Numbered from the stretch's first letter, positions 8,248 to 16,857 are shown. The stretch: 64,000 nucleotides of DNA from Acidimicrobiales bacterium (GCA_020628865.1 JAHDEJ010000009.1:80039-144038); one strand, 5' to 3'. The notes: a model not told the origin generated them from the sequence alone. Program-made: numbers and translations.

Positions 8248-9402
8248 ATGAGCCTCGCTTCCCCGATCCAGACCGAAGCCGACGTCCTCCCGGTCGCCCG
8301 GGCCCGTGCGGCAGAGACGGAAGAGCTCGGCCACCTTCACCCCGAGGTCGTCGACGCGCTCGTCGCAGCCGGCACGCTTCGCCGCTGGGTGTCCGCCGAT
8401 GTTGGCGGCGAGGACGCCACCGTCACCGACGTCCTCCGGAGCATCGAGGCCCTCAGCCGAGCCGACGGCGCCACCGGCTGGTGCGTGATGATCGCCAACA
8501 CCACCGCGCTCACGTCGCACCGCCTGTCCGCCGAGTGGGCCGACACCATCTTCTCCGACCCCGGAGCATGCACTGGCGGCTTCGGCATGCCGTCAGGCAT
8601 CGCCCGCGTGGTTCCCGGGGGACTCGAGGTGACTGGTGAATGGGCGTGGGGTTCAGGAACCGATCACTGCACATGGATCGGCGGAGGCGTGCGCGTCGTG
8701 GACGACGACGGCAACCCGGCCGCCGCACCGGACGGGGCAACCACGCCGTTCGCCTTCTTCGCACCGGACCAGGTGGAGCTGCTCGACACGTGGCATGTGT
8801 CCGGATTGAAGGGCACGGCGTCGACCGACTATCGGGTGAGCAAGGCATTCGTGCCCGACGGGCGATGGGCACAGTTCGTGGCCGCCGCACCCCGAGTCGA
8901 CGCACCGCTTGGCCACTTCCCGTTCTTCGGAGCGCTCGCCGGAGGAGTTGCCGCCGTGCTCATCGGGCTTGCAGAGCGGGCAATCGACGAGTTGGTCCTC
9001 CTCGGCGAGAAACGCCCGTCGGGCTCCCGCAAGTCGTTGTCCGAACGCGCTCCTGTCCAGGCCGACCTTGCTCGCGCCAAGGCAAACGTGGCCCAGTCCC
9101 GCAGCTGGCTGCACGAGACGACGGACCGGGTCTGGGCCGATGCCGCCAGCGGCGGCGCACTCACCGACCAGAACAAGGTCGACCTCCGGCTCGCCGCCGC
9201 AGCCGCCGCCGACCGCTGCCTCGAAGCCGTCGACCTCTGCTACCACGCCGGCGGGGGTGCCGCCGTCTACGAGACCAGCCCCTTGCAGCGAGTTTTTCGG
9301 GATGCTCACGTGGCCCAGAGCCACGGGATGATCGCCCCTCGAATGATGGAACCGCTCGGTCGCCACGCCTTCGGCCTCCCCACCGACGTCACGAGGTTCT
9401 GA
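8248..9402 (+). CDS. acyl-CoA dehydrogenase-fold flavin-dependent monooxygenase (oxygenase component)
   Basis: 384 aa with an ACAD-like layout (ADGATGWCVMIANT..; EVTGEWAWGSG; HVSGLKGTASTDYRV) typical of group D two-component monooxygenases. It is followed by a nitroreductase-like gene. Confidence 0.7.
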   Translation: MSLASPIQTEADVLPVARARAAETEELGHLHPEVVDALVAAGTLRRWVSADVGGEDATVTDVLRSIEALSRADGATGWCVMIANTTALTSHRLSAEWADTIFSDPGACTGGFGMPSGIARVVPGGLEVTGEWAWGSGTDHCTWIGGGVRVVDDDGNPAAAPDGATTPFAFFAPDQVELLDTWHVSGLKGTASTDYRVSKAFVPDGRWAQFVAAAPRVDAPLGHFPFFGALAGGVAAVLIGLAERAIDELVLLGEKRPSGSRKSLSERAPVQADLARAKANVAQSRSWLHETTDRVWADAASGGALTDQNKVDLRLAAAAAADRCLEAVDLCYHAGGGAAVYETSPLQRVFRDAHVAQSHGMIAPRMMEPLGRHAFGLPTDVTRF

Positions 9403-9403
9403 G

Positions 9404-10057
9404 ATGGAGCTGTACGACGCAATGAGCACACTGCGGGCCGTGCGCCGCCTGCGCACCGACCCGATCCCAGACGACGTGATGGACCGCGTGCTGCAAGCCG
9501 CGTGTTGGGCGCCAACCGGCGGCAATCAGCAACCGTGGCGGGTGGTGGTGGCCACGAGTCCCAATGTGAAGCAGGGCCTCGCCGAGCTCTACCAGCCCGA
9601 GTGGGCGACCTACTCAGCCGGCTTCCGAAAGCGGATGGACGGGATGGAGCCCGACGAACGGGACCGCTTCGAGAAGATCATCCGGGCCGGCGACCACCTC
9701 GCCGACAATCTGGCGGACGCACCAGCCATCCTCGTCTTCTGCGCCAACCCGAAACGAATGGCCATCACCGACGCCAAGCTCGACCGCATCAGCATGGTGG
9801 GCGGCGGCTCCGTCTACCCCGCGGTGCAGAACCTGATGCTCGCCTGCGTGCAGGAAGGGTTGGGTTGCACGCTGACCACGCTCCACTGCTTTCGCGAAGC
9901 CGAAGTGAAGGAGCTCTTGGACGTGCCCGACAGCTGGGCCACCGTGGCGCTCGTCCCCATCGGCTACCCGGTCGGACGCGGCCACGGACCCATCACCCGC
10001 CAACCGCCGAATGAAATGGCGTACCAGGACCGCTTCGGCGACCCCTGGAACGCCTGA
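9404..10057 (+). CDS. nitroreductase family protein (possible flavin reductase partner)
   Basis: RAVRRLRTDPIPDDVMDRVLQAACWAPTGGNQQPWRVVV is the classic nitroreductase N-terminal motif. It starts 1 nt after the upstream stop. Confidence 0.85.
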   Translation: MELYDAMSTLRAVRRLRTDPIPDDVMDRVLQAACWAPTGGNQQPWRVVVATSPNVKQGLAELYQPEWATYSAGFRKRMDGMEPDERDRFEKIIRAGDHLADNLADAPAILVFCANPKRMAITDAKLDRISMVGGGSVYPAVQNLMLACVQEGLGCTLTTLHCFREAEVKELLDVPDSWATVALVPIGYPVGRGHGPITRQPPNEMAYQDRFGDPWNA

Positions 10058-10077
10058 GCCAGCAGCAGCACCGATCG

Positions 10078-10141
10078 GGTGAAAGTGAGACGCGACCCCT
10101 TCACCGGTTCGGGTGAAAGTGAGACGCGACCCCGTTCACCC
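10078..10141. repeat. second array of the same 34-bp-period REP-like unit, opposite orientation
   Basis: GGTGAAAGTGAGACGCGACCCCTTCACC at 10078-10105 and a 1-mismatch copy at 10112-10141. This is the reverse complement of the 3071-3167 unit. It lies between convergent genes. Confidence 0.9.
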
Positions 10142-10199
10142 AAAGGTGACGACCGAGTTTCGGCCCGGAGGGACGAAACTCGCCAAGTGAGGAGGTCCG

Positions 10200-11819
10200 C
10201 TAGGACCGACGAACGACCGATACCCCAAAGTTCTCGAGGAGTGCGGTTGCACCTTCGGGTGGGTTGACCACGGCGAACTCGCGGCCCTGTTGATCGGCGG
10301 CGGCCTGACCGCCCGCGACTGCATCGGCGATGCCGGAGTCGATCGCCGTGCTCCGGTCGAGGCTCAGTGTGATCGGGCCGGAGCCTGCGTCGTCCCGGAT
10401 GGTCGTGCGGAGCTCGTCCTTCAGCTTCGAATTGCTGGCCACCCAGAGCAGACCTCGGGGCCGGATGAGGAGCGCATCGTCAGCCCCGTCGACCTCGAGG
10501 TGGAACGGCCGGAAGAAGTGGAACGCCACCGTCAGCACGACCCCGAACAGGACGGCGTACTGGACGTTTGGCGGCGTCACGAGTGTGGCGATGAACGTGA
10601 GCCAGGCGAGGCTCGCCTGCCAGGGCGAACGCGTCCACAGGTTCACCATGCGCCGAGGCTTGATGAGGCTGAACACGGCGGCAACGACCACGGCCCCGAG
10701 CAGAGCCTGGGGCAACGCCTCGAGCAGGCCGCTGAATGGGAGGAACGCGAGGACCACGAGACCGGTGATCGCACCACTCCAGCGGGTCTTGGCCCCAGCG
10801 AACCGGTTGACCGACGATCGGGAGAACGACCCACCAACCGGGAACGCCCCGGTCAGACCGGCGACGATATTGGCCACCCCCGAAGCCAGGAACTCGCGGG
10901 ACGACGACCATTCGGACTGGTCCTCATTCGCGAACGTCCGAGCGATCGATGCGGGTTCCGCAAAGCCAACCAGCGCGATGATCGCACCGCCGACGACCAA
11001 GGTTCCCAGGCTCGACCATGGAAGATCCAGCGACCAGCTCGGCACGCCGGCGTCGATCGCTCCGACCACGTCGCCCCCGTAGTCGGTGATCCGAGACCAC
11101 AGGAGCACGAGGATCACGGCAACCAGCACGCCCGGGAAGAGCCGGTGGATGCTGCGGCCCTTCAGCATCAGTCCGATGGTCAGAACCGAAATGACGATTG
11201 CGGCCAACTCCCACTCCCCCGGGTGGCCGAGCGCCCAACCAGCCCGGCCCAACGGATTGTCGATGGCGGCGATGTCTGCAGGAAGTGCGACGCCGAGCGC
11301 CCGTGGCAGCTGCGAAGACAGGATGACGATGCCGGCCGCCGACGTGAATCCGATCATCACCGGCTCGGCCATCAGGTAGACGATCGACCCGAACCGGAAC
11401 GCACCGATCACCAGTCGAAAGGCGCCAACGATCACGGCGAGCAGCGCGGCCGCCGCAATGTACTCCTCGGTCTCGATCTCGAAACCGCCGCCCTGCAGCG
11501 CGCCCAACGTCAGCAGGCTGGTGAGCGCTACCGGACCCGTTTGCAGATACGGCGACGACGCAAAGAAGGAGAAGGCCAGCAGCGGAAACGCCGAAGCGAA
11601 CAGGCCGATGAACGGCGGTAGGCCGGCCAACGTCGCATAGGCGAGGCTCTGCGGGATCAAAACGAGCGCGACCGTGACGCCGCCGACCACATCGCCGAGC
11701 GAAGCCCGGGGAATGGAGCGGAGTTCTGCCGTTTGCCGGGCCACGCCCAGCTTCCAGCGATCGACCAACGGGGACGCTGTCGTCACACCTCCACCGTACA
11801 AGTGGAGTCGAGGTGACAA
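10200..11819 (-). CDS. SulP family anion (sulfate/bicarbonate) permease with C-terminal STAS domain
   Basis: VALVLIPQSLAYATLAGLPP motif, a polytopic core and a C-terminal STAS-like segment (LSLDRSTAIDSGIADAV). Confidence 0.85.
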   Translation of the reverse strand: MSPRLHLYGGGVTTASPLVDRWKLGVARQTAELRSIPRASLGDVVGGVTVALVLIPQSLAYATLAGLPPFIGLFASAFPLLAFSFFASSPYLQTGPVALTSLLTLGALQGGGFEIETEEYIAAAALLAVIVGAFRLVIGAFRFGSIVYLMAEPVMIGFTSAAGIVILSSQLPRALGVALPADIAAIDNPLGRAGWALGHPGEWELAAIVISVLTIGLMLKGRSIHRLFPGVLVAVILVLLWSRITDYGGDVVGAIDAGVPSWSLDLPWSSLGTLVVGGAIIALVGFAEPASIARTFANEDQSEWSSSREFLASGVANIVAGLTGAFPVGGSFSRSSVNRFAGAKTRWSGAITGLVVLAFLPFSGLLEALPQALLGAVVVAAVFSLIKPRRMVNLWTRSPWQASLAWLTFIATLVTPPNVQYAVLFGVVLTVAFHFFRPFHLEVDGADDALLIRPRGLLWVASNSKLKDELRTTIRDDAGSGPITLSLDRSTAIDSGIADAVAGGQAAADQQGREFAVVNPPEGATALLENFGVSVVRRS

Positions 11820-11879
11820 GACCCCGGGCCCCGCTCCGAGCAGAGCGATGACCGGTCGTCGCGCCTAGGCTCGCGGTCC

Positions 11880-12899
11880 GTGAAATCGAGTGTTCCTTCT
11901 CCATGGGTCCGGCGGCCGGTGAGCATCCTCGCTCTGGTGCTTGGCGTCGCCTTCCTCCCGGTGTTGCTTCCGCTGTTTGGCATACCGACCCTGCTGGTGG
12001 ATCTTCTCCGGCGAGACCTGCGACTCCCACGATTCCGTCGCGTCCTGCTGATTGCACTGCTCACCGTCGTGGACTTCAGCGGCCTCGTCGGCGTCGCCGT
12101 CATCTGGCTCCTGTCGCCGCTCGGACTCCGACTCCAATCGCAGTGGACCCAACGCCAGTACGAGTGGTTGATGCACACGTGGACGAGCCATCTCATGTGG
12201 GCGATCGGTGTTGCGGTTCCGCTGACGATCGATTCCAGCCAACTCGACGAGATCGACACGAGCGGCAACGTGGTGGTCATCGGCCGTCATCGCAGCCTGC
12301 TCGATGCCGTTCTTCCGGCGATGCTCTTCGGCGACATGGGCCTTCGGGTGCTCTACACCCTGAAGGAAGATCTGCGATGGGAGCCGAACATCGACATCGT
12401 CGGCCACATCATGCGCCACCGGTTCGTGACCCGGGCACCGCAGGACCTTGAAGCGGAACTCGCACCGATCCGAGAGCTGGGACGCCGCGTCGACGACCGA
12501 ACGGCGGCGGTGATCTTCCCGGAAGGCACGTTCTTCACCGAGGAGCGAAAGACACGAATCGTCGCCTCCCTCGAGAAGAAGGAACCGCACCTGGCCGAGA
12601 AGGCCCGGAACATGAACCATCTCCTGGCGCCCCGACCGGCCGGCACGCTGGCCCTTCTCGACGGGGCGAGCGACGCCGACGTGATCATCTTCGGCCACAC
12701 CGGGTTCGAGCCGTTCGGCACGATCGGATCGATCATCAAGAATCTCGGACCGAAGCGGCAGATCATCATCAACGCCTGGCGAATTCCCCGGTCGGCGATC
12801 CCGACGAGCCACGAGGAGCTCACCGATTGGCTGTTCGATCGATGGGGTGAAATGGACCGCTGGATCGCGAATCAGCAACCGTTAGGCTCTTCCGGGTGA
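11880..12899 (+). CDS. lysophospholipid (1-acyl-glycerol-3-phosphate-type) acyltransferase, membrane anchored
   Basis: N-terminal TM helices, then the HX4D motif (GRHRSLLDAV) and FPEGTFFTEE (the FPEGTR-like block) of PlsC-family acyltransferases. Confidence 0.7.
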   Translation: MKSSVPSPWVRRPVSILALVLGVAFLPVLLPLFGIPTLLVDLLRRDLRLPRFRRVLLIALLTVVDFSGLVGVAVIWLLSPLGLRLQSQWTQRQYEWLMHTWTSHLMWAIGVAVPLTIDSSQLDEIDTSGNVVVIGRHRSLLDAVLPAMLFGDMGLRVLYTLKEDLRWEPNIDIVGHIMRHRFVTRAPQDLEAELAPIRELGRRVDDRTAAVIFPEGTFFTEERKTRIVASLEKKEPHLAEKARNMNHLLAPRPAGTLALLDGASDADVIIFGHTGFEPFGTIGSIIKNLGPKRQIIINAWRIPRSAIPTSHEELTDWLFDRWGEMDRWIANQQPLGSSG

Positions 12900-13666
12900 C
12901 TGCACCAGAGGTAGAGCAGAGCCTGGTCGATCTTGCCGTCGAACTGGCCACCGGTGCGGGAGCATTGACCCGCAAGTGGTTCGACCGCGGACCGGTCGAC
13001 TTCGACACGAAGGCCGACGGGTCCCCCGTGACCGAAGCCGACAAGGCCGCCGAGCGGTACCTGCGTGAGCAGATCACGTTGGCGTTCCCCACCGACGCAA
13101 TCGTCGGCGAGGAAGAAGAACGCCGTGAAGGCACGAGCGGCCGGACGTGGATCATCGATCCCATCGACGGCACCAAGTCCTTCACCCACGGTGTGCCCCT
13201 CTACGGCACCCTCCTGGCTGTTCGGGACGAACACGGCCCGGCCGTCGGCGTGATCGTGATGCCGGCCCTCGACGAGGTCGTCGCCGCCGGGCGAGGCCTC
13301 GGCTGCACCCACAACGGGCGAGCCTGCTCGGTCAGTGAACGCACCGAATTCGAAGGTGCCTACGCCATGACGAGCGGCTTCGACTACTGGCCCGAGCCGA
13401 GCGAAGTGGATCGCTTCATCAACAGCGGACTCGTGACCCGCACGTGGGGCGATGCCTACGGCTATGTGCTTCTGGCCACCGGGCGCACCGACGTGATGGT
13501 CGACCCGCTGGTGAACGTCTGGGACGTCGCCCCGATGCAGGTGATCATCCCCGAAGCCGGCGGTCGGGTGACCGATCAGGCCGGCAACGAATGGGAAGAC
13601 GGCAAGCACTTCCTGGCCAGCAACGGCCACGTGCACGACGCCCTCATCGACGCCGTCTTCGCCTGA
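12896..13666 (+). CDS. inositol monophosphatase family protein (possibly histidinol-phosphatase HisN)
   Basis: Carries the motifs IVGEEEE, WIIDPIDGTKSF and WDVAPMQVIIPEAGG. A GTGA overlap couples it to the upstream gene. Confidence 0.8.
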   Translation: MTAPEVEQSLVDLAVELATGAGALTRKWFDRGPVDFDTKADGSPVTEADKAAERYLREQITLAFPTDAIVGEEEERREGTSGRTWIIDPIDGTKSFTHGVPLYGTLLAVRDEHGPAVGVIVMPALDEVVAAGRGLGCTHNGRACSVSERTEFEGAYAMTSGFDYWPEPSEVDRFINSGLVTRTWGDAYGYVLLATGRTDVMVDPLVNVWDVAPMQVIIPEAGGRVTDQAGNEWEDGKHFLASNGHVHDALIDAVFA

Positions 13667-13675
13667 GCGCTCAGC

Positions 13676-14308
13676 TCAGCGCCACTCCTCCGGGAGTTCC
13701 GAGCCGTCCGCCACGAACGTGTAGACGTTGGACGGAGGGAAGCCGAGCGCTTCCTGACAAGTCACGGCAGCCTCGGGCAGGGCCGGGTTCTCGCGCCACT
13801 CGGCAATGAACTCGGTGACGGTCGCGTCGCTTGGAGAGAGGTCTGCTTCGCGGTGCTGCACGCTCCACGCCGACAACACCAGCTTCTCCGGGTGGTCGTA
13901 GGCGGTGATCAGCAGCTTGCCGTCGGCCTGGGCCATCGCCGCAAGCTCGTCGAGCTCCGCATCGGAGATCAGGTCTGGGTTGTAGGTGATCCAAACAGCC
14001 CCGTGTTCCATGCTGTGCACGGCGGCACCTTCGGCCACATCACGGTCGTAGAAGCCACAGTTCTGCCAGAACGGGTAGTGGGCGCCGCCGATCGCGGGGC
14101 TGGTGTCGAACGACACCGGCGGTTCGCTGACGTGGTCCACGCTGTACTCGCCGTAAGGCACTGAAGTGACCGTGGCCTCAGCCGGCTCGGCAACCGTGGT
14201 CGTCTCTGCTGCTGCCGCATCGTCCACCGTTGCGGTGGCACTGCTCCCGTCGCTGCCGGAGCAGGCGGCAAGCACGAGAACGAACAGGAACGGGAGCCAA
14301 CGGCGCAT
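13676..14308 (-). CDS. DUF3105 domain lipoprotein
   Basis: Signal and lipobox MRRWLPFLFVLVLAAC, then GGAHYPFWQNCGFYD and SMEHGAVWITYNP typical of DUF3105. Confidence 0.7.
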   Translation of the reverse strand: MRRWLPFLFVLVLAACSGSDGSSATATVDDAAAAETTTVAEPAEATVTSVPYGEYSVDHVSEPPVSFDTSPAIGGAHYPFWQNCGFYDRDVAEGAAVHSMEHGAVWITYNPDLISDAELDELAAMAQADGKLLITAYDHPEKLVLSAWSVQHREADLSPSDATVTEFIAEWRENPALPEAAVTCQEALGFPPSNVYTFVADGSELPEEWR

Positions 14309-14340
14309 CAGGAAAGTCTAGATCGGGAGAAAACCTGAAC

Positions 14341-14369
14341 GGTCGGCACCCCCGAAGGAGATGCCGACC
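14341..14369 (-). terminator. intrinsic terminator candidate downstream of the sigma-factor gene and its repeat tract
   Basis: GGTCGGCA/TGCCGACC 8-bp stem. On the minus strand it is followed by GTTCAGGTTTTCTCC. Confidence 0.5.
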
Positions 14370-14387
14370 GTTTGGGAGTTCTTGAAG

Positions 14388-14564
14388 GAACCGAGCGATG
14401 CGGATGACCCGCTGCCCACATCACCGCCGACCAGGTGGCCGAACCGAGCGATGCGGAAGGCCCGCTGCCCACATCACCGCCGACCAGGTGGCCGAACCGA
14501 GCGATGCGGAAGGCCCGCTGCCCACATCACCGCCGACCAGGTGGCCGAACCGAGCGATGCGGAA
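14388..14564. repeat. 53-bp tandem repeat, 3.3 copies
   Basis: Units at 14388-14440, 14441-14493 and 14494-14546 plus a partial unit at 14547-14564. The unit is GAACCGAGCGATGCGGAAGGCCCGCTGCCCACATCACCGCCGACCAGGTGGCC. Units 2 and 3 are identical and unit 1 differs at 2-3 positions. The unit length is not a multiple of 3. The tract starts about 9 nt after the sigma stop codon. Confidence 0.95.
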
Positions 14565-14573
14565 AATTCAGCC

Positions 14574-15476
14574 TCAGCTCAGCGGCACACCGACCGGCAC
14601 TTCACCGGCGGAGGACTCGATGAGGGTGATCTGGTCCATACGATCGTGCCATTCGCTGCGCTCGCCGATGGCATCCACGTAGGCGGCCTTGCGACGGGCC
14701 GAGCGGCCACGGGGCTCCGGGCGGGGCTCCTCGTCGTCCTTGGCCACGTACTGGGCCTCGATGCCTTCTTTCAGCATCTGGATGGCCTCGGAGCGGATCT
14801 GGCTGATGCGGCTCTCGGTGACACCGAGGAACCGAGCGAGGTCCTGGCTGGTGCGGCCTTCGAGGAAGTAGCCGATGATGACGAGACGCTGGCGATCCGG
14901 GAGGAGCGCAATGGCGTCACGGAGGTAGGCGTGGAGTTCGCGGGTCTCGAGCTCTTCGGAGGGCTCGATGGCGGCCTGGTCGACGAGCACGTCGACGAGG
15001 GTGAGATCGTCATCAACATCGTCGGAGACCTCGTGTTCGAGGGCGAGGACGACGCTGCGGAACATGCGGTCCCGCAGACGGTTGAGTTCGTTCGTGTCCA
15101 TCGAGAGGGCTTCGGCCATCTCTTCGATGGTGGGCACGCGGCCGAGGCGGCTGGCGAGACGCTGCTCGGTGGCCTCGAGCTTGCGGGCAAGGGTGCGAAC
15201 CGAACGGGGCGCCCAGTCGGCGGCACGAACCGCGTCCAGGATCGCACCGCGGATGCGCTGCGCAGCAAACCGGTCGAAGGGAACGCCGCGGCTCTCGTCG
15301 TAGCGGCGGGCCGCCTCGACAAGACCGAGGGCACCGGCACGGGCCAGTTCCTCACGCTCCACGTGGCGGGGGAAGTGGACGGCGACCTGCAGCACGATGT
15401 GCTTGACCAGAGGCAGATTGGCCTCGATCATCGCGTTCATTTCCTTGGTGTCGATCTTTTCGATCGTTTCGCCCAT
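14574..15476 (-). CDS. FliA/WhiG-type (sigma-28 family) RNA polymerase sigma factor with a ~60-aa C-terminal tail
   Basis: NLPLVKHIV.., GLVEAARRYDESRGVPFDRFAAQRIRGAILDAVRAADWAPRSVR and region 4 LPDRQRLVIIGYFLEGRTSQDLARFLGVTESRISQIRSEAI are visible. Confidence 0.85.
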   Translation of the reverse strand: MGETIEKIDTKEMNAMIEANLPLVKHIVLQVAVHFPRHVEREELARAGALGLVEAARRYDESRGVPFDRFAAQRIRGAILDAVRAADWAPRSVRTLARKLEATEQRLASRLGRVPTIEEMAEALSMDTNELNRLRDRMFRSVVLALEHEVSDDVDDDLTLVDVLVDQAAIEPSEELETRELHAYLRDAIALLPDRQRLVIIGYFLEGRTSQDLARFLGVTESRISQIRSEAIQMLKEGIEAQYVAKDDEEPRPEPRGRSARRKAAYVDAIGERSEWHDRMDQITLIESSAGEVPVGVPLS

Positions 15477-15668
15477 CAGTTTCTTGCTCCCTCGAACAGT
15501 GCTGGTTGTGACTGCGGTCTACCCGCGACCACAAGAAGGGTTTCGGTGCGACTGGAGGAGAACTTGAGAAAAAACTTCAGAAAATTTGACTACGGGGATT
15601 TTGTCGGCGTTCCGTATCGGCAACTGAAGCCCAATGTGTGGGTCAAACGGATCAGTTTGGTGACAACT

Positions 15669-16652
15669 TCACCGCGATCCGACGAAGATCTCGGCGACCA
15701 GACCCCGGGTCTGCAGGTCGTGCAGAAAGGCCACCGGGTCGACCAGTTCGGCGAGGCCGACGGCACCGTCTGGGGCGCCGCCGGTTCGGAGCCAGTTGAC
15801 GGTGGCGGCAGCGACCGCACCGGCGGCCACGGCCGGCCGTTCTGCGCAGCCGAGGACGATCTCCCGCTGCTCGCCATCCTGCACGCCGCGTAGTTCGACG
15901 CGGACCGCGCCGAGCAGCCCTTCGGGGTGCGGCTTACGCAACATGGGCAGGTGCATGGTGAGGCGGTCCCGGCGGGTGGCCGCCATGCGGGCGGTGATGC
16001 GGTGCACGTTCGGATGCTTGCGTACGAGTAGGAGCGGATCGCCGAGGGCGGCCCGGTAGCAGTCGGCTGACTGCACGGGCGCCGGGAACCAGGCGAGCTC
16101 CCGACCGGAGCCGCCGGCCCGTCGAACCCATTGGCCGCCTCGCCAGTCGAAACAGATGCCTTTGAGCGCCCGGTGATGTTGACGGGCACAGGCCGGGCCG
16201 CCGGTCCCGAACTTGGACACGTGGATCTCGTTGACCTCGTCGAGCCACGCGGCGCCGTGGGCGGCGAGCACATCGGTCAGCCCCGGCATCATGCCGGCAC
16301 CCACGATGAGGGAGACGCCGGCGGTCCGGGCCCGCTCGTCGAGTTGGAGGAGCCGGCGGATGTCAGCGAGTCGGTCGGAGATCGAGATGACGTCCTGCCC
16401 GTTGTCGATGAACCGGCGGGCGGCTGCGACATGGTCACCCGCGTCGATGGCGAGCACGACGGTGTCGCAGTCGGCGGGCGGCTCGGTGCCGTCGCGCCAG
16501 GCCACGTCGGGTCCGAGCGAGGCGGCCACGTGTTCCGCGAGACCGACCCGTTCGTCGACGAGGACGACGTCGGTTCGTCCGTCACCACGAAGGAGTTGTC
16601 GTGCGATTCGGGTTCCGGTGGCGCCGCAGCCGACCACCGCAATACGGCCCAC
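15669..16652 (-). CDS. saccharopine dehydrogenase-like NAD(P)-binding protein
   Basis: N-terminal Rossmann motif RIAVVGCGATGTRIARQL. The 327-aa layout resembles saccharopine dehydrogenase NADP-binding domain proteins. GTG start. Confidence 0.6.
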   Translation of the reverse strand: MGRIAVVGCGATGTRIARQLLRGDGRTDVVLVDERVGLAEHVAASLGPDVAWRDGTEPPADCDTVVLAIDAGDHVAAARRFIDNGQDVISISDRLADIRRLLQLDERARTAGVSLIVGAGMMPGLTDVLAAHGAAWLDEVNEIHVSKFGTGGPACARQHHRALKGICFDWRGGQWVRRAGGSGRELAWFPAPVQSADCYRAALGDPLLLVRKHPNVHRITARMAATRRDRLTMHLPMLRKPHPEGLLGAVRVELRGVQDGEQREIVLGCAERPAVAAGAVAAATVNWLRTGGAPDGAVGLAELVDPVAFLHDLQTRGLVAEIFVGSR

Positions 16653-16654
16653 GG

Positions 16655-16801
16655 TCAGCGCAGTTCGTTGCCGGAGAGTTCACGCCACCCACCGGTGCGA
16701 GGCGGCACCCCGCCGGACCCCCGCAACCGAAGCGCCCCGGCAATGCCCGCCGCAATACCCACGGCAACCGCAGCACGACGAATCAACAGCAGAATCTGCA
16801 T
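16655..16801 (-). CDS. candidate 48-aa small membrane protein, possibly leaderless
   Basis: Not in the ORF track because it is under 60 aa. It reads MQILLLIRRAAVAVGIAAGIAGALRLRGSGGVPPRTGGWRELSGNELR. The stop lies 2 nt before the downstream GTG (16652). A TAGAAT -10 hexamer (16809-16814, minus strand) ends 7 nt before the ATG. Confidence 0.3.
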   Translation of the reverse strand: MQILLLIRRAAVAVGIAAGIAGALRLRGSGGVPPRTGGWRELSGNELR

Positions 16802-16808
16802 GCACCGC

Positions 16809-16814
16809 ATTCTA
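16809..16814 (-). promoter_or_regulatory. -10 hexamer TAGAAT
   Basis: Minus strand reads GCGTAGAATGCGGTGCATG. The spacing fits a transcription start at or next to the ATG at 16801. Confidence 0.35.
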
Positions 16815-16857
16815 CGCCAGCGACCCAAAACCCCGAATTCAGCGAGACCAACCAGTT

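Noticed and set aside
14361-15893. 510-aa ORF on the plus strand, including peptide repeats PTSPPTRWPNRAMRK
   Set aside because: It is antisense to the sigma-factor gene. The peptide repeats come from reading through the 53-bp tandem DNA repeat, which appears in all three frames because 53 is not divisible by 3.
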